NCBI GenBank assembly: GCA_910592345.1
Contig: CAJVPI010000181.1
Coordinates: 1 to 44,998, forward strand
Source: Paraglomus brasilianum
Lineage: Eukaryota
Reading direction: 5' to 3'
DNA: 44,998 nucleotides
Shown here one piece after another: positions 10,901 to 21,805 of this stretch. Under the pieces are notes generated by a model. The model was not told where the DNA came from. It worked only from the letters and a program-made list of their open reading frames with translations, and did not search any database. The stretch's first letter is position 1. Every line of letters begins with the position of its first letter. The translations under genes and the position numbers were made by a program.

Positions 10901-13899
10901 GACGACGTTGAAACATCCCGATCTGTGAGCAGTTTATCTGAGACTACAATTGAAAAGAAACACCATCAGTTCACAGGCTCAGAAAGATATACTCTCAAAC
11001 AAGCACGGATAACTTACAGCTATTTCTTATTATGCGCTCAAATTCAACGCTCATGCCATCTATTTGACTAGACATTTTCAATAAGGCATTTTGCAGTTGT
11101 GTCACTGGATCGTCATTTGCTTGATTGTTGCCAGTCATCTTGTGTGTCGATACTCGCATTTGTTCGAGCATGTTGACGAATTCTAATACACATCGAGCGT
11201 TAGCTTCATGTCAATAAATTGGTTACCAAAAAATTAAGCACACCTCGAATATCTTCTTTAGTAAGTTCTGGTAAACGGCCTTTGCGATTTACCGTAGAAA
11301 TCTCACACATCGGTGGAGCGTCATCAAGTGCTGTACAAAAAGATGTCAACATAGGGACATAAAATACGACGCATGAATTATACGATCAACGTACCCGCTA
11401 TATGGAAGGGCATATATCTTTTTACGTTGAGACGATATGTATCTCGGCGCTTCTGCTCGGCATTTCGGAAGAGACTCAATACTTCTGCTAGTTTCTGCGA
11501 CCTTTCAAGAAGGATCTACAATGTACAATGTCACGCCGAGGCGGCGGTCAGTTTCATATTTAAACTTACGTTTAAACATTAGAAATATATGCATTACATA
11601 CTCTCACGTATTCTTTCCGCCTCACTATTTCAACAACTGTTAATCCCTATTAAAATAAAGCTTTAATAAAAGGATATACGAGAACGATATAACACAGAGA
11701 AGACTTCGTAATATTACATATGCAAGAGGCATCTCATGCACGATGGACAAATCTTTGAAAGTATGAGTTGCATTCTTGATTTCTGCATCCAAACGAGACA
11801 GTGCAGATGGTATACTAGCAATGCTTGATTGCACCCGCGAAATCCCTCGGAGACTATCCATCACCGCACCCGTCATGGCATTCTACAGTTAGAACAACAG
11901 ACATTATATAAGATTCGAACCAAACTATCAAATGCAGTAGTTACAGGAACCGACCTTTCGTTGTATAAACCATATGACCTGGTCGCGTAAGCTCTTGTCG
12001 AACTTACCCATGTCTTGAAATACAAGCATACGAGAATTTAGTAGGGGCCTTCTCTGTAATGACTATACATGGACAATAAAAAGAGATACAATACCAGGTA
12101 AATAGTCATCTTCGTGTATTGTAGCCAGACGTTCAATTGCATCAGTTGACGATCTAGTCAATTCCTGAGCTTTCTCTCGTATTCGCCCTATGTCTATTTG
12201 CGGATATGTATCAGATAGTTATTTTCCAATTGAAATATGGTTAAATTCATAACTCGTCCAACAAAAATACCTCGCTGCAATCTGTCATTCAACTCTTTTA
12301 TTTTTTCATACGTCTGTCGTGCCTTGCTTAATTCAACGTCCATTGAAAGGAATCTGTTTACAAGACATTTCCTTAGATAATGCGAAACATAACATACAAA
12401 GTTCTTTCGAATTTTCAAGATACATACTCGGTACCATATTTTTTCTGTTTCAACTCGTCTGTGGTTACCTGTACATTACGGACAGTACGTTCCAAATCAC
12501 CGATGCGTTTTTTCAATTGCTCTGAATCGATGTTCGCGAGCATATCCATAGAGCTTAGTCGTCGATAACAAGTAATTATTACTAGGAAGAATCCATTAAA
12601 ATCTTACCAAAAACAGCCTTTCCACTCTTCTCCAGCTTAAGTAGATCTTCTTCAGATATGAAACTTGCTAAAGTGTGAGATTCATTTTGCTGTGGTATCA
12701 AACCAGCAACTTGCATAATTTGAGGATGAATCTTTATACGTTTAAGCACCTCCAGGTCTACTGAAACGCTATTAAGTATATAAAACATTTAGCCATAATG
12801 CATACATGTATATTAGACGCATCCTCGATAATCGCATACTTAAAAATTAATCCGGACTGCTCTGCAACCTCCTTCTCGGCTGAGTCGTGAAACGCCTGAT
12901 GTAGTTCAGTTATAGACCTACAGAAATTCAACTCAGTACAGGGTGTGTAATACAGACATGTGAACCTCGTCACGCACATCATACTAACTTATTATGAACA
13001 TCCAAGTTTTCCATTGCAGCTGTCAAAGCCTTCGCTTGAACCTTTTGTTCGGTAAGCAGTCGTTCACATAATTCCAAATGTGTTTTGGCAGACAGTACAT
13101 ATTTCTGGAACATCAAATAATTTAGATCTCGTGCTCATAATGACAAATTATCGAGAATTCGGAAAACATAAGAAAGCCCACCATTCCGTGCTCATTATGT
13201 TTCTCAAACAATTCAATGTACGCAGCTATGCTAAACGTTCGCCAATTCGCGCGTAATTGTACCGACTGCCATACTGACAACATTCGTATCATACCAAGGC
13301 ACATGTTAGACAAAGCAAGTATTTGTCAATAATGCGATTCGATCCAGGATCAAAAGTTCTCTTTTATTGAGATTAACAAATATTATCTTACAAGGTATTT
13401 GAGGTTGTAAACTGGCAACTTCACGCAAGGTCGTATTATCTACCACATTCGTCGTATTAAGCAATTCGCGACTGAACAAATATACTATTGACTCATTCTT
13501 TCAAACAAATCAAACACTCATATCAGATCATTCAATATTCAAGCAAGAAAACTATAGAGAGAGTGCCATATTTACCTCTCCAGAAGTACGAAGAACTTCC
13601 TCCACTTTGTCGGCTTTCACAGGTAGGCCGTCACCCGTCATTAATATCTGCATATTCGCCGGCACGCCCGAGGCGAGCTCCACTGCAGCCTTTATGCTCT
13701 CTAAACTGCCAATAACATATGAATAAAGGTCAAAAACAGTATTAACTTTAACTTAATGTACCGTTATGTAAACTTCCTTTATTCATACACAAGCACCTCA
13801 GCTTTTCCGGGTAAACAAAAGGTAGTTGTGATTAACGTACTCTGTGGAAAAATTGTCCACGTGCAGACGTTTACCGGTTTCTGCGCGATATATTTTCAT
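7970..13899 (-). CDS. ATG11: Autophagy-related protein 11 (Atg11/FIP200 family), multi-exon
   Basis: Exon 1 (13899-13841) MKIYRAETGKRL splices to LESIKAAVELASGVPANMQILMTGDG. Central helical exons and a long coiled coil (e.g. 9805-10509) follow. The C-terminal Atg11 domain reads AKDKIAFRNFRPSDIALFLPTRQNTTKTWAAFNVNAPHYFL...YELPDGVRFFLVDV. GT-AG introns; stop at 7970. Confidence 0.93.
10672..10710. repeat. 11-bp tandem repeat (GTATATATTTA) x3 in an ATG11 intron
   Basis: gtatatattta repeated three times plus a partial copy. Confidence 0.85.
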
Positions 13900-14129
13900 C
13901 TTCTTAAGTGAGTGTATGAAAGGAGGTAAAGAGGGAAAGGGAAATATGTAGTTTACTGTCAGTATTCCTTTGTAATATGCGTTTGCATGACATAAGTGTG
14001 TAACAAACGGTGACGTATATATTTTTGATATTCGGAAGACACGTGGAGTCGAAGAAAGCCGAAATTTTGGTTTCCCAGTGCTTCAAAGTACTGGCATTCC
14101 ATTCATACACTTTCTTGCCGAATGCAAAG
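13900..14129. promoter_or_regulatory. Probable bidirectional promoter between ATG11 and the ARM-SPRY gene
   Basis: Only 230 bp separate the two divergent ATGs. Contains TGACGTA (about 14011) and CACGTG (14040-14045). Confidence 0.6.
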
Positions 14130-17100
14130 ATGTCCACGCGAGACCGTTGCCTATTTTTTGGGACAGGCCTTGCCTCAGTAATTCTCGTTTACTCTGTGAT
14201 CAGGCACCTTAGAAGTCTTCCTGCAGGCACCGGAATGAGCGAATTGATTAAAAATGAGCCCAAAAAGCTTGAGAATGGTAGTAGAATTCTAACAAGTCGA
14301 TGGAGATTTTTTGAACATGGATAGTACTGTTGCCTGGGATTTTTATAAAAATAATTTTTGGCATACTGATTTACAATTGACATTCTCTCTTCCTGGCCTA
14401 TTGACTTGATCAATTCGTGTTATTATGCTTGTCAATCAGCTCTCACGATTCGCGCTCTTTCCGAATTAACGAGAGCTGAAAATATTAATTTGCGTAACAG
14501 GTAACGTAGATTAGTTAGATGAATGGCCCATATTTTTTTATATCTAATATGATTTCGGAACATAGTGCGATTCGCATATTACTGGACAGAGCAATGTCAG
14601 GTATGTTATGATTATATAATAAAGACTATATATTTTTTACAATCACATTTTTTGTCTATCTATATGTGAGCACTATTACAATGTGATTTTATTATTAGAC
14701 GATTTTCTTGGAGATGTAATATCTTCTTGTCGAAATCCCCATGAGGAGAGACGTATGGAAGCGGTTATTACACTACAATTGTTGTCACGCACTGGTCAGT
14801 TGATATATTACCTTTGTCGCGTACATAACGCGTTTACTGTCGTGGAATAAGATGACTAGCAGTCATTGATACTGTTAAAATTTTTTTGATATACTAGAGG
14901 AGAACAAAGCCACGTTAGTTGAAAATAATGCGCTGGAAGTGTTAGTAGGACTCCTCCGACAAGAGGATAATCGTGAAACAACTCATAGATATGCGGCTAT
15001 TGCTCTCTGTGATCTGATGACAGGACAAAGTATTTATCCAATCTTATGCTGCACGCGTACATGTGAATTGCTTATAATGACTAAATTTGTAACTATATCA
15101 ATTCGCTGTCAAAACAGACGTACGTAAGATTAAAGTCGTGGAACTAGGTGTGATTCCACCTTTGATACAAATACTCGAGTCAACTAGAGAACTGTTGGAC
15201 AGTGAATTAAAGTCGTGGTGTGTGATGGTGGTCCATCAGATCTCGATGTGCGGTAAGTTGATGAATTGACTGTATGGGATTGTGATTAGGTCCGCATACT
15301 GATGTTGCAGTTCAACCGAACTATTTCTTGTTGCTAGAGCAACTCCATCAGCCATTGGGGGCTGCCGGATTTGTTCCAATATTAGCAAGAATGTCGTGGG
15401 AAACACTTGGCAGTACGACAGTGCCCAAGTTCTGTATGCAGGCTTTAGTTAGAATATTGTCTACTATGTCTGCTGCTGGTGAGAGAACATGCTTAGGAAA
15501 CTTAAAATTGAAACTGATTCTTTAATCATTCTAACAATCTAACCACAACAGAGGCCAAGCAATATCTCCATCAGTTACTTGACTGTAATATTGTCATGTT
15601 GATAGCCTCCTGTCTGAAGTCAGGTAATAATTTTTTTATTCATTTTTGCTATATTATATCCTTACTGATTTTTTTTTTTACGGTATGATGGTACCTTCTT
15701 CTCATCGAAGCTCAGCTGAAGCTCTCGAGCATTTCGACCGAAGATACAGAGCTACTTTACTGGGCGCTGGGTTTGATGCACGAGTTTGTCGTGAAAGGTA
15801 AGTTGATATTGCTAATCAATCACGAATATAAAACTAATAGATTCACACAGTGAGGAATCTTTCAGACATCGGACAGAAGGAATTTCGTGAGATGCGCAAT
15901 TTGTTGAGATTTATGTCAACTCTGTTGGGTATTGAGGAACCATATATCTCTCGTATTATGTTACGCGCTCTCAAGTTTCTAGGCAATGGGGATGGTACGT
16001 ATTCGTTTTATTAGTGAAAAAAATAGTCTTTCATTATTCACGCTAGTACTTATGTTGTGTACTTGTTTAGATGTCTATCAAAAGAAAATGATAAGTGAGG
16101 GCATTTTAAATAAAGTAATTTATTGTATGAAATCAACCGATGACGATGTAGTCTACTGGAGTTTGGTGGTACTGCAAGACCTGGTCGTCCACTGTAAGAT
16201 TTGTTGTGTCATGAAATTTATTCTCAGAGCTTTTCATGTAATACTCACCTGTTGTTTCTTGTTGTTGCTGACAGCAGAATCGCATAAGGATATTGTTGAA
16301 CCGACATCAATAGACATTCTATCTCACCTTCTTGATTCACCAAAACAACATATTCGCACATATGTGACAGGTGTCATAGCAACACTCTGTTCTTCCTGTT
16401 AGTATTCATTTGTAGTATTTATTGGCATTAACGTGATTGGAAAAGAACTTATGATTGTCTTATCGAATTTATAGACGAATTTCATGAGAAAATCGTTGAT
16501 CATCCTGATTTGTTCGAGAAACTTCTTAACATTCTCAAAGCTGAGAGAGAACTCGATACACAATATGCAGCATCAGTGGCATTATTTAACTTATCAGCTA
16601 CATGTGGTATGATATTTTGTTATTAATAATGTATTGGCGAAAGTATTAATCTCGCAATTTTCTATTCACAAAGATAAACCGGCAGCCCACTTGATTAGAG
16701 ACGATTGCATCAGTATCCTAGGAAATACACTCAAGTACAGCCAAAGAGAGAAAATTTCGTCAACTTGTGCTAAAGCTTTAGTGATATTAGCACTGAAAGG
16801 TATATATTACAGAACCATATGTGCGACGTCTATATATGCGCTTTCCCATACTGATCTTACTCAACATGACATTCTTTCCAAGACCAAACCCGCCTTCCTG
16901 GAATATCTTCAACCATTTTAATTCCTTTGATCAAACACACCCTTACATTTTGTGAGGCTACGTTTAAATCTTTTCTTTCTTCCTCTCCATCAAACGCTAC
17001 AGTATCAAGCAGCGCCAAATCAACAACATCACTTCTAGATACACTTGAGGGCGAAATAACGTTACCTTACTCTCGTATAAGGTCCATCACTGCCCCTCTT

Positions 17101-19822
17101 TCGGCTTCACTTGATGCTCTGTTAATATTGCTCACGAATTACTCCATATCTGGTCGTGACTTTGCTGATAAAAATAAGGAATTGCTATTCAAACTAGCGC
17201 GCACTCTTATGGAGTTATTTGCTCAACCAGGAGTGAAAGAATGGATCAGGGGAAGGATGTTTAAAAACGGAATGTTATTGGAAGACTTGATGAAGGTTGA
17301 TACGAGTTTACAGTATTATGCAAGGCCAGTGAGGTTTTTGAAGTTGGCCACTGAGAGAGGTAGTTGGAGCGCGGAAGAGAATGATATTTCGAGAATTGAG
17401 GTCGATGAAGATGAAGAGCGAATGAAGGACGCGAAATATGCCTTAGCAGCGAAAGCAATTGATGTGCTTAGTGAGATGGCGGGACATCATTGTAAGTTGA
17501 TTCATTGACGACTTGTTATAAGTTATAGATAAGATAAATCTTGTCTGAATACTCCTTGTCTTCTTTTAGACCTCACGGATGTAATAATAAACACAGAAGA
17601 AGGCGCTTTTTTCGTTGCTTTGGTTAAATTATTAAATTTCCGACCCTGGCAACCCCTGTCTGAGCTTGCTACACATATTTTGCACTTTCTCGGGCCATTT
17701 TCAGCACGTGGTTAGCATAATGATGACAATGTCTGAGTGACTTATGTATTATAAGTTACGCACCCCGGTTTATTGACGCTTGTCTGTTCTTTAGATTCTT
17801 TTCCTAACAACTTTCCTCGATTGACGAGTATTAAGATTTTACTGGGTATATCTACTTGGCGTATCCTATTGTATAGGCAGACGACTGATGTGAAATTCTA
17901 TGCTGAATTATTCCTCTATTACTTGAGTGCTTCGTGGAATTGTCATCGACTTACTAGGATATCCGTGTCATATTGTGTGCTTGATCGGCTAAGTTCTACA
18001 CGTCACTTTAGACTGTCGGGTGATCGAATCACGGTATTGTGCAAGCTCTGTCGATTATTTTGTTCCTGCTGTATATGAACATTCATATATATGTAGATTA
18101 AGTTTTCCTGCCTAATATACTACCTTTTCATTTCTAGTGCCGCAACGATTCATGGACATTTGAAACAATCCGCGCAAATAGAGGTGTAACTAAGAGAGGC
18201 AGATATGCTTACGAAGTGCGCCTTAGGACTGGCGGGCTCGTCCAGATTGGTTGGACTACCAGGCAAGCTCAGTTTGAACCCGAGATCGGTACTGGCGTTG
18301 GTGACAACGACGATTCGTACTCTTACGACGGATTTCGTCGGCGCAAATGGCACGGAAAAAAAAGGGTGACGGTACTGTATCTCACTAATTAACATACTAT
18401 GTCTGCAATGAATGAAAACGAGTACGATATAATTGTACTGCGTATACTTTGATACAGCCATCAGAAAACTCTTATGGATTACCATGGCGCGCCGGAGATT
18501 TTGTAACATGCTGTATAGACTTAGAAGATGGAACTATGGGTTATTGGCTGAATGGAGAACCAATGGGCATTGCATTTACTAATATTAATAAGAAGGAAGA
18601 GTGGTACCCTGTATGTTTATTAATGCGCTATGAATGTCTATTCAGTATTACTCAAACTAAATATGTTGTAGGCTGTATCATTGGCCTCGTCTCAAGAGTG
18701 CGGAGTACATTTCGGTGGGGTATTTGATCCGTTGGCGTAAGTATGATAGATCGAATGTGATACTTAATATAGTGTTGACATATTTATATGTGCCCTTCCT
18801 GTAGATATATTCCTGCGGGGTACAGGCCTATTGGATATACAGGATCAAATTCAGAAACAACGAATAACCCTACGGAAAACAATCTTCCGAAAAATGGTAC
18901 TAGCGAAAACGTTGAGAAGCCGCTAGGCAATCTATTTCTACCCTTACTCTATTATGAAGTGCGAGTTGGATTGAAGAACGTGTTTGGCAGGTAACTACAA
19001 TTGTTAGTGATTTAGCACCATCCTCGCCACCATAATCTTTACTAATAATTTTCTCATTCTCTCTGATCTTCGCAGTCATTGTCTTCAAATAGGACTTGGC
19101 AATAATCTTGATGATGCCATCCTATTTTGTCGCAACCGAGACTCCTGCTTTCTAGTCGTGATCAATCTCCGCGTGTTTACATCACCTACTGAACTGGACA
19201 CATGTTTAATTCGTGCCTTATCTAGGAGAATGGATCAGCGAACGAGTATCTCTAGAGCAAGTGATGACAGTGACAAGATAGGAACGTTAATTGAATTAGA
19301 TGTGCGGCTGAAAGACGGAGATTACGTTGGATGCGGTTTACGGGATTTAAAAGAGGTGAATGATCGAAAGACACAATGGCTGGGATGGAAATTTGGTAAT
19401 TAAGGGGCGAAATATTGACGATATGATGCGATATACAGGAGGACGACAATAGCAACTTGCCGGGCACAAGTAGAGGCACTCGTGTTGCCGTATTTTTCAC
19501 TGTCAACGGTGAATTAATCAGTTAAGTATATATAATAATGTATTCGTAGAAATACCATATTGCCTTCATTCGGGCTTCCCGAAATTTTATTTTCTAACTT
19601 CTGTCAATCCTTATAGGAAATATTAGATACGTGCGACCGACAAATATCTTTTTCTTTCCCTACATTGATCATAGATTTCCTCGCGTCGCTACATTGTTCG
19701 GTCTTGCTCGCGACTCTTCATTTTCAGAGTTTAAATATGAACCTGCTAATACACTGAGAGCAGTTGATGCTATGAGGGAATATGTAGACGAGGCATATGG
19801 AAGAATCTCCAAACTGTGGTGA
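14130..19822 (+). CDS. Multi-exon protein with N-terminal hydrophobic anchor, ARM repeats, an RSPRY1/RNF123-like SPRY domain and a second divergent SPRY-like domain
   Basis: Start MSTRDRCLFFGTGLASVILVYSVIRHLR. ARM-like exons ENKATLVENNALEVLVGLLR, RKIKVVELGVIPPLIQIL, QKKMISEGILNKVIYCM. SPRY1: RNDSWTFETIRANRGV..YAYEVRLRTGGLVQIGW..GVGDNDDSYSYDGFRRRKWHG..WRAGDFVTCCIDLEDGTMGYWLNGEPMGIAF..YPAVSL. SPRY2: LYYEVRVG..QIGL..GDYVGCGL..VFFTVNG..FFPYI. TGA ends at 19822. Confidence 0.85.
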
Positions 19823-20981
19823 TAGATAGAAGGCCTGGATTAATAATTATGATTACCTATATGTATTAAAATTATGGAAAATTTCAAGCATCGCAATTCG
19901 CATTTCATCGTTACAAAAGAATTGCCACCATTAATATTAATATTACCAAACTAGTTTGACAGAATAGACGAACAACTTGATAAAAAAGACAAAAGTGGTA
20001 TGGTATCATCTGACAAGCATGGCTCTTAACCAAAGTAGGTCCCCGTATTTTTAACGTAACGAATACTGTAATACTAATTAGTAACCGGTCCAAGAGCCTG
20101 CTTTCGCAGGTCATGCCTTAATTGTCGAATAGTAGGTAGTTGTACATTATCAAATTCTGAGATTGTAACACATTGCTTAATCCTCTTTACCTAAATAAGT
20201 CAACAGTAATTAAGGATATCTAGTATTTGACAAAGAAGCCTACAAACTCTAAACTGTATTACATATTTATTCAAGTTTCTTTATCTTCAACGTCGCACTG
20301 TTGCTTGTCTTTTGTGTCCGCTGTTACACAAACAGTCCAACAGGGATAAAAAAGTCTTTATACTTGTATATACGACAAAGTAATATGTCCTTTCTCGTTG
20401 TCGGAATCTCTTAAAATATTATGCTACCCATTGTGCTGTTCCTTAATTCACGTCAAGCCGATCATTTTATTTCTCTTTGTTCCAACTTCACGGACGTTAA
20501 CAAAAAAACGACTGCTCGTACACCACCCACGACCGTTGAATCGGTTCCCGTTTCTCCACATTGTTGATCTTGCTACACTAATGCAGCGTTTCACACAAAT
20601 TCCGTTCTTTCCTTCTTTGCATAGTCGAACCAATCGGAGCAAGAATTATTCGAAATAGAAACGGACAACAAAGACATATTGTAATTCATATAGGAAAGCA
20701 GTACGAGATCAGTTTGATATAACCGGAAAACAGACTGACAAATAGGAGGACAGCCAAGAGAAATCAGCGTAAGCTCGAAATGTATAAATACAAGCGGAGA
20801 AACTGCATGGCCAAAGCAGTCTCGAAAAAGACAAGTTAAAACAAAAAGAAAAGAAAAGGAAAAGAAAAAAAAAAGAAGCAAACTCCAATATACGATACAA
20901 AACTCACTTTACGAAAAGTCAAATCACACCGCTTTAAGCAAATACTTACAAAGTCAAACAACACATCTAAAATCTTCAATC

Positions 20982-21212
20982 ATGTCTACCAACTCTCTCG
21001 CATACACCACTCTCAAGACCCTCTCCCACAATCAGACCAAGAATGACTTCTTCCACAAGGACGATGTTTACGCTCCTGAAACCTTTAACAAAATCTTTGG
21101 TCATGTACTGCCGGAGAGCGAAGTCCAAGGTGCAATCGAACAATTACAAAAGGAGAAAGAAGAAAAAGAGAGACAAGAAATGGAGAATAGAAACAAAGAA
21201 AGCAATGCATAA
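20982..21212 (+). CDS. Small orphan protein (76 aa) with a charged helical C-terminus
   Basis: ttcaatcATG start context and an A/C-rich leader, with TATAAATA at 20783. The N-terminal half shows a marked C-ending codon bias (acc aac ctc tac acc ctc acc ctc tcc cac) against an AT-rich background. AATAAA signals at about 21945-21958. Confidence 0.6.
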   Translation: MSTNSLAYTTLKTLSHNQTKNDFFHKDDVYAPETFNKIFGHVLPESEVQGAIEQLQKEKEEKERQEMENRNKESNA

Positions 21213-21349
21213 GACGTTAAAGTGGAAATACAGTCAACGCAAATAGGTTGAAATCCAGCCTTTGAGTTTATATTGGACATTCGCCTTCGCGTTTGCTTTC
21301 TATTATGATAACATCTCCATACACCATTTGCATTTATTATTTATTTTTT

Positions 21350-21805
21350 CATTTAGATTCACTTTGCATTCATTCTACATTCACTCACCTTGCATTTATT
21401 CATTTTACGTTTATTGATTCACATTGCATTCATTCACTCTGCATTCATTCACTCTGCATTCATTCACTCTGCATTTATTCACTCTGCATTTATTCACTCT
21501 GCATTCATTCATTTTTGCATTTATTCACTCTGCATTTATTCACTCCGCATTCATTCACTTTTGCATTCATTCACTCTGCATTCATTCACTCTGCATTCAT
21601 TCACTCTGCATTCATCCACTCTGCATTCATTCCCTTTTGCATTCATTCCTTTTGCATTTTATTCACTTTTGCATTCATTCACCTTGCATTTTATTCACTT
21701 TTGCATTCATTCACCTTGCATTTTATTCACTTTTGCATTTTATTCACTTTACATTTATCACTTGCATTTTATTCACTAGACTCATTCACCTTGTATTCAT
21801 TCATC
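21350..21805. repeat. Minisatellite, about 15-bp unit TGCATTCATTCACTC with variants
   Basis: Roughly 30 units. Near-perfect in the centre, drifting to TGCATTTTATTCACTTT and TGCATTCATTCACCT variants at the right end. Confidence 0.95.

Noticed and set aside
7938..13715. Plus-strand ORFs overlapping ATG11, and similar antisense ORFs over the SPRY, HMG-C and CEG1 genes
   Set aside because: Shadow frames of real exons on the opposite strand.
21350..21805. CRISPR-like array
   Set aside because: Contiguous units without unique spacers, eukaryotic context, and no cas genes.
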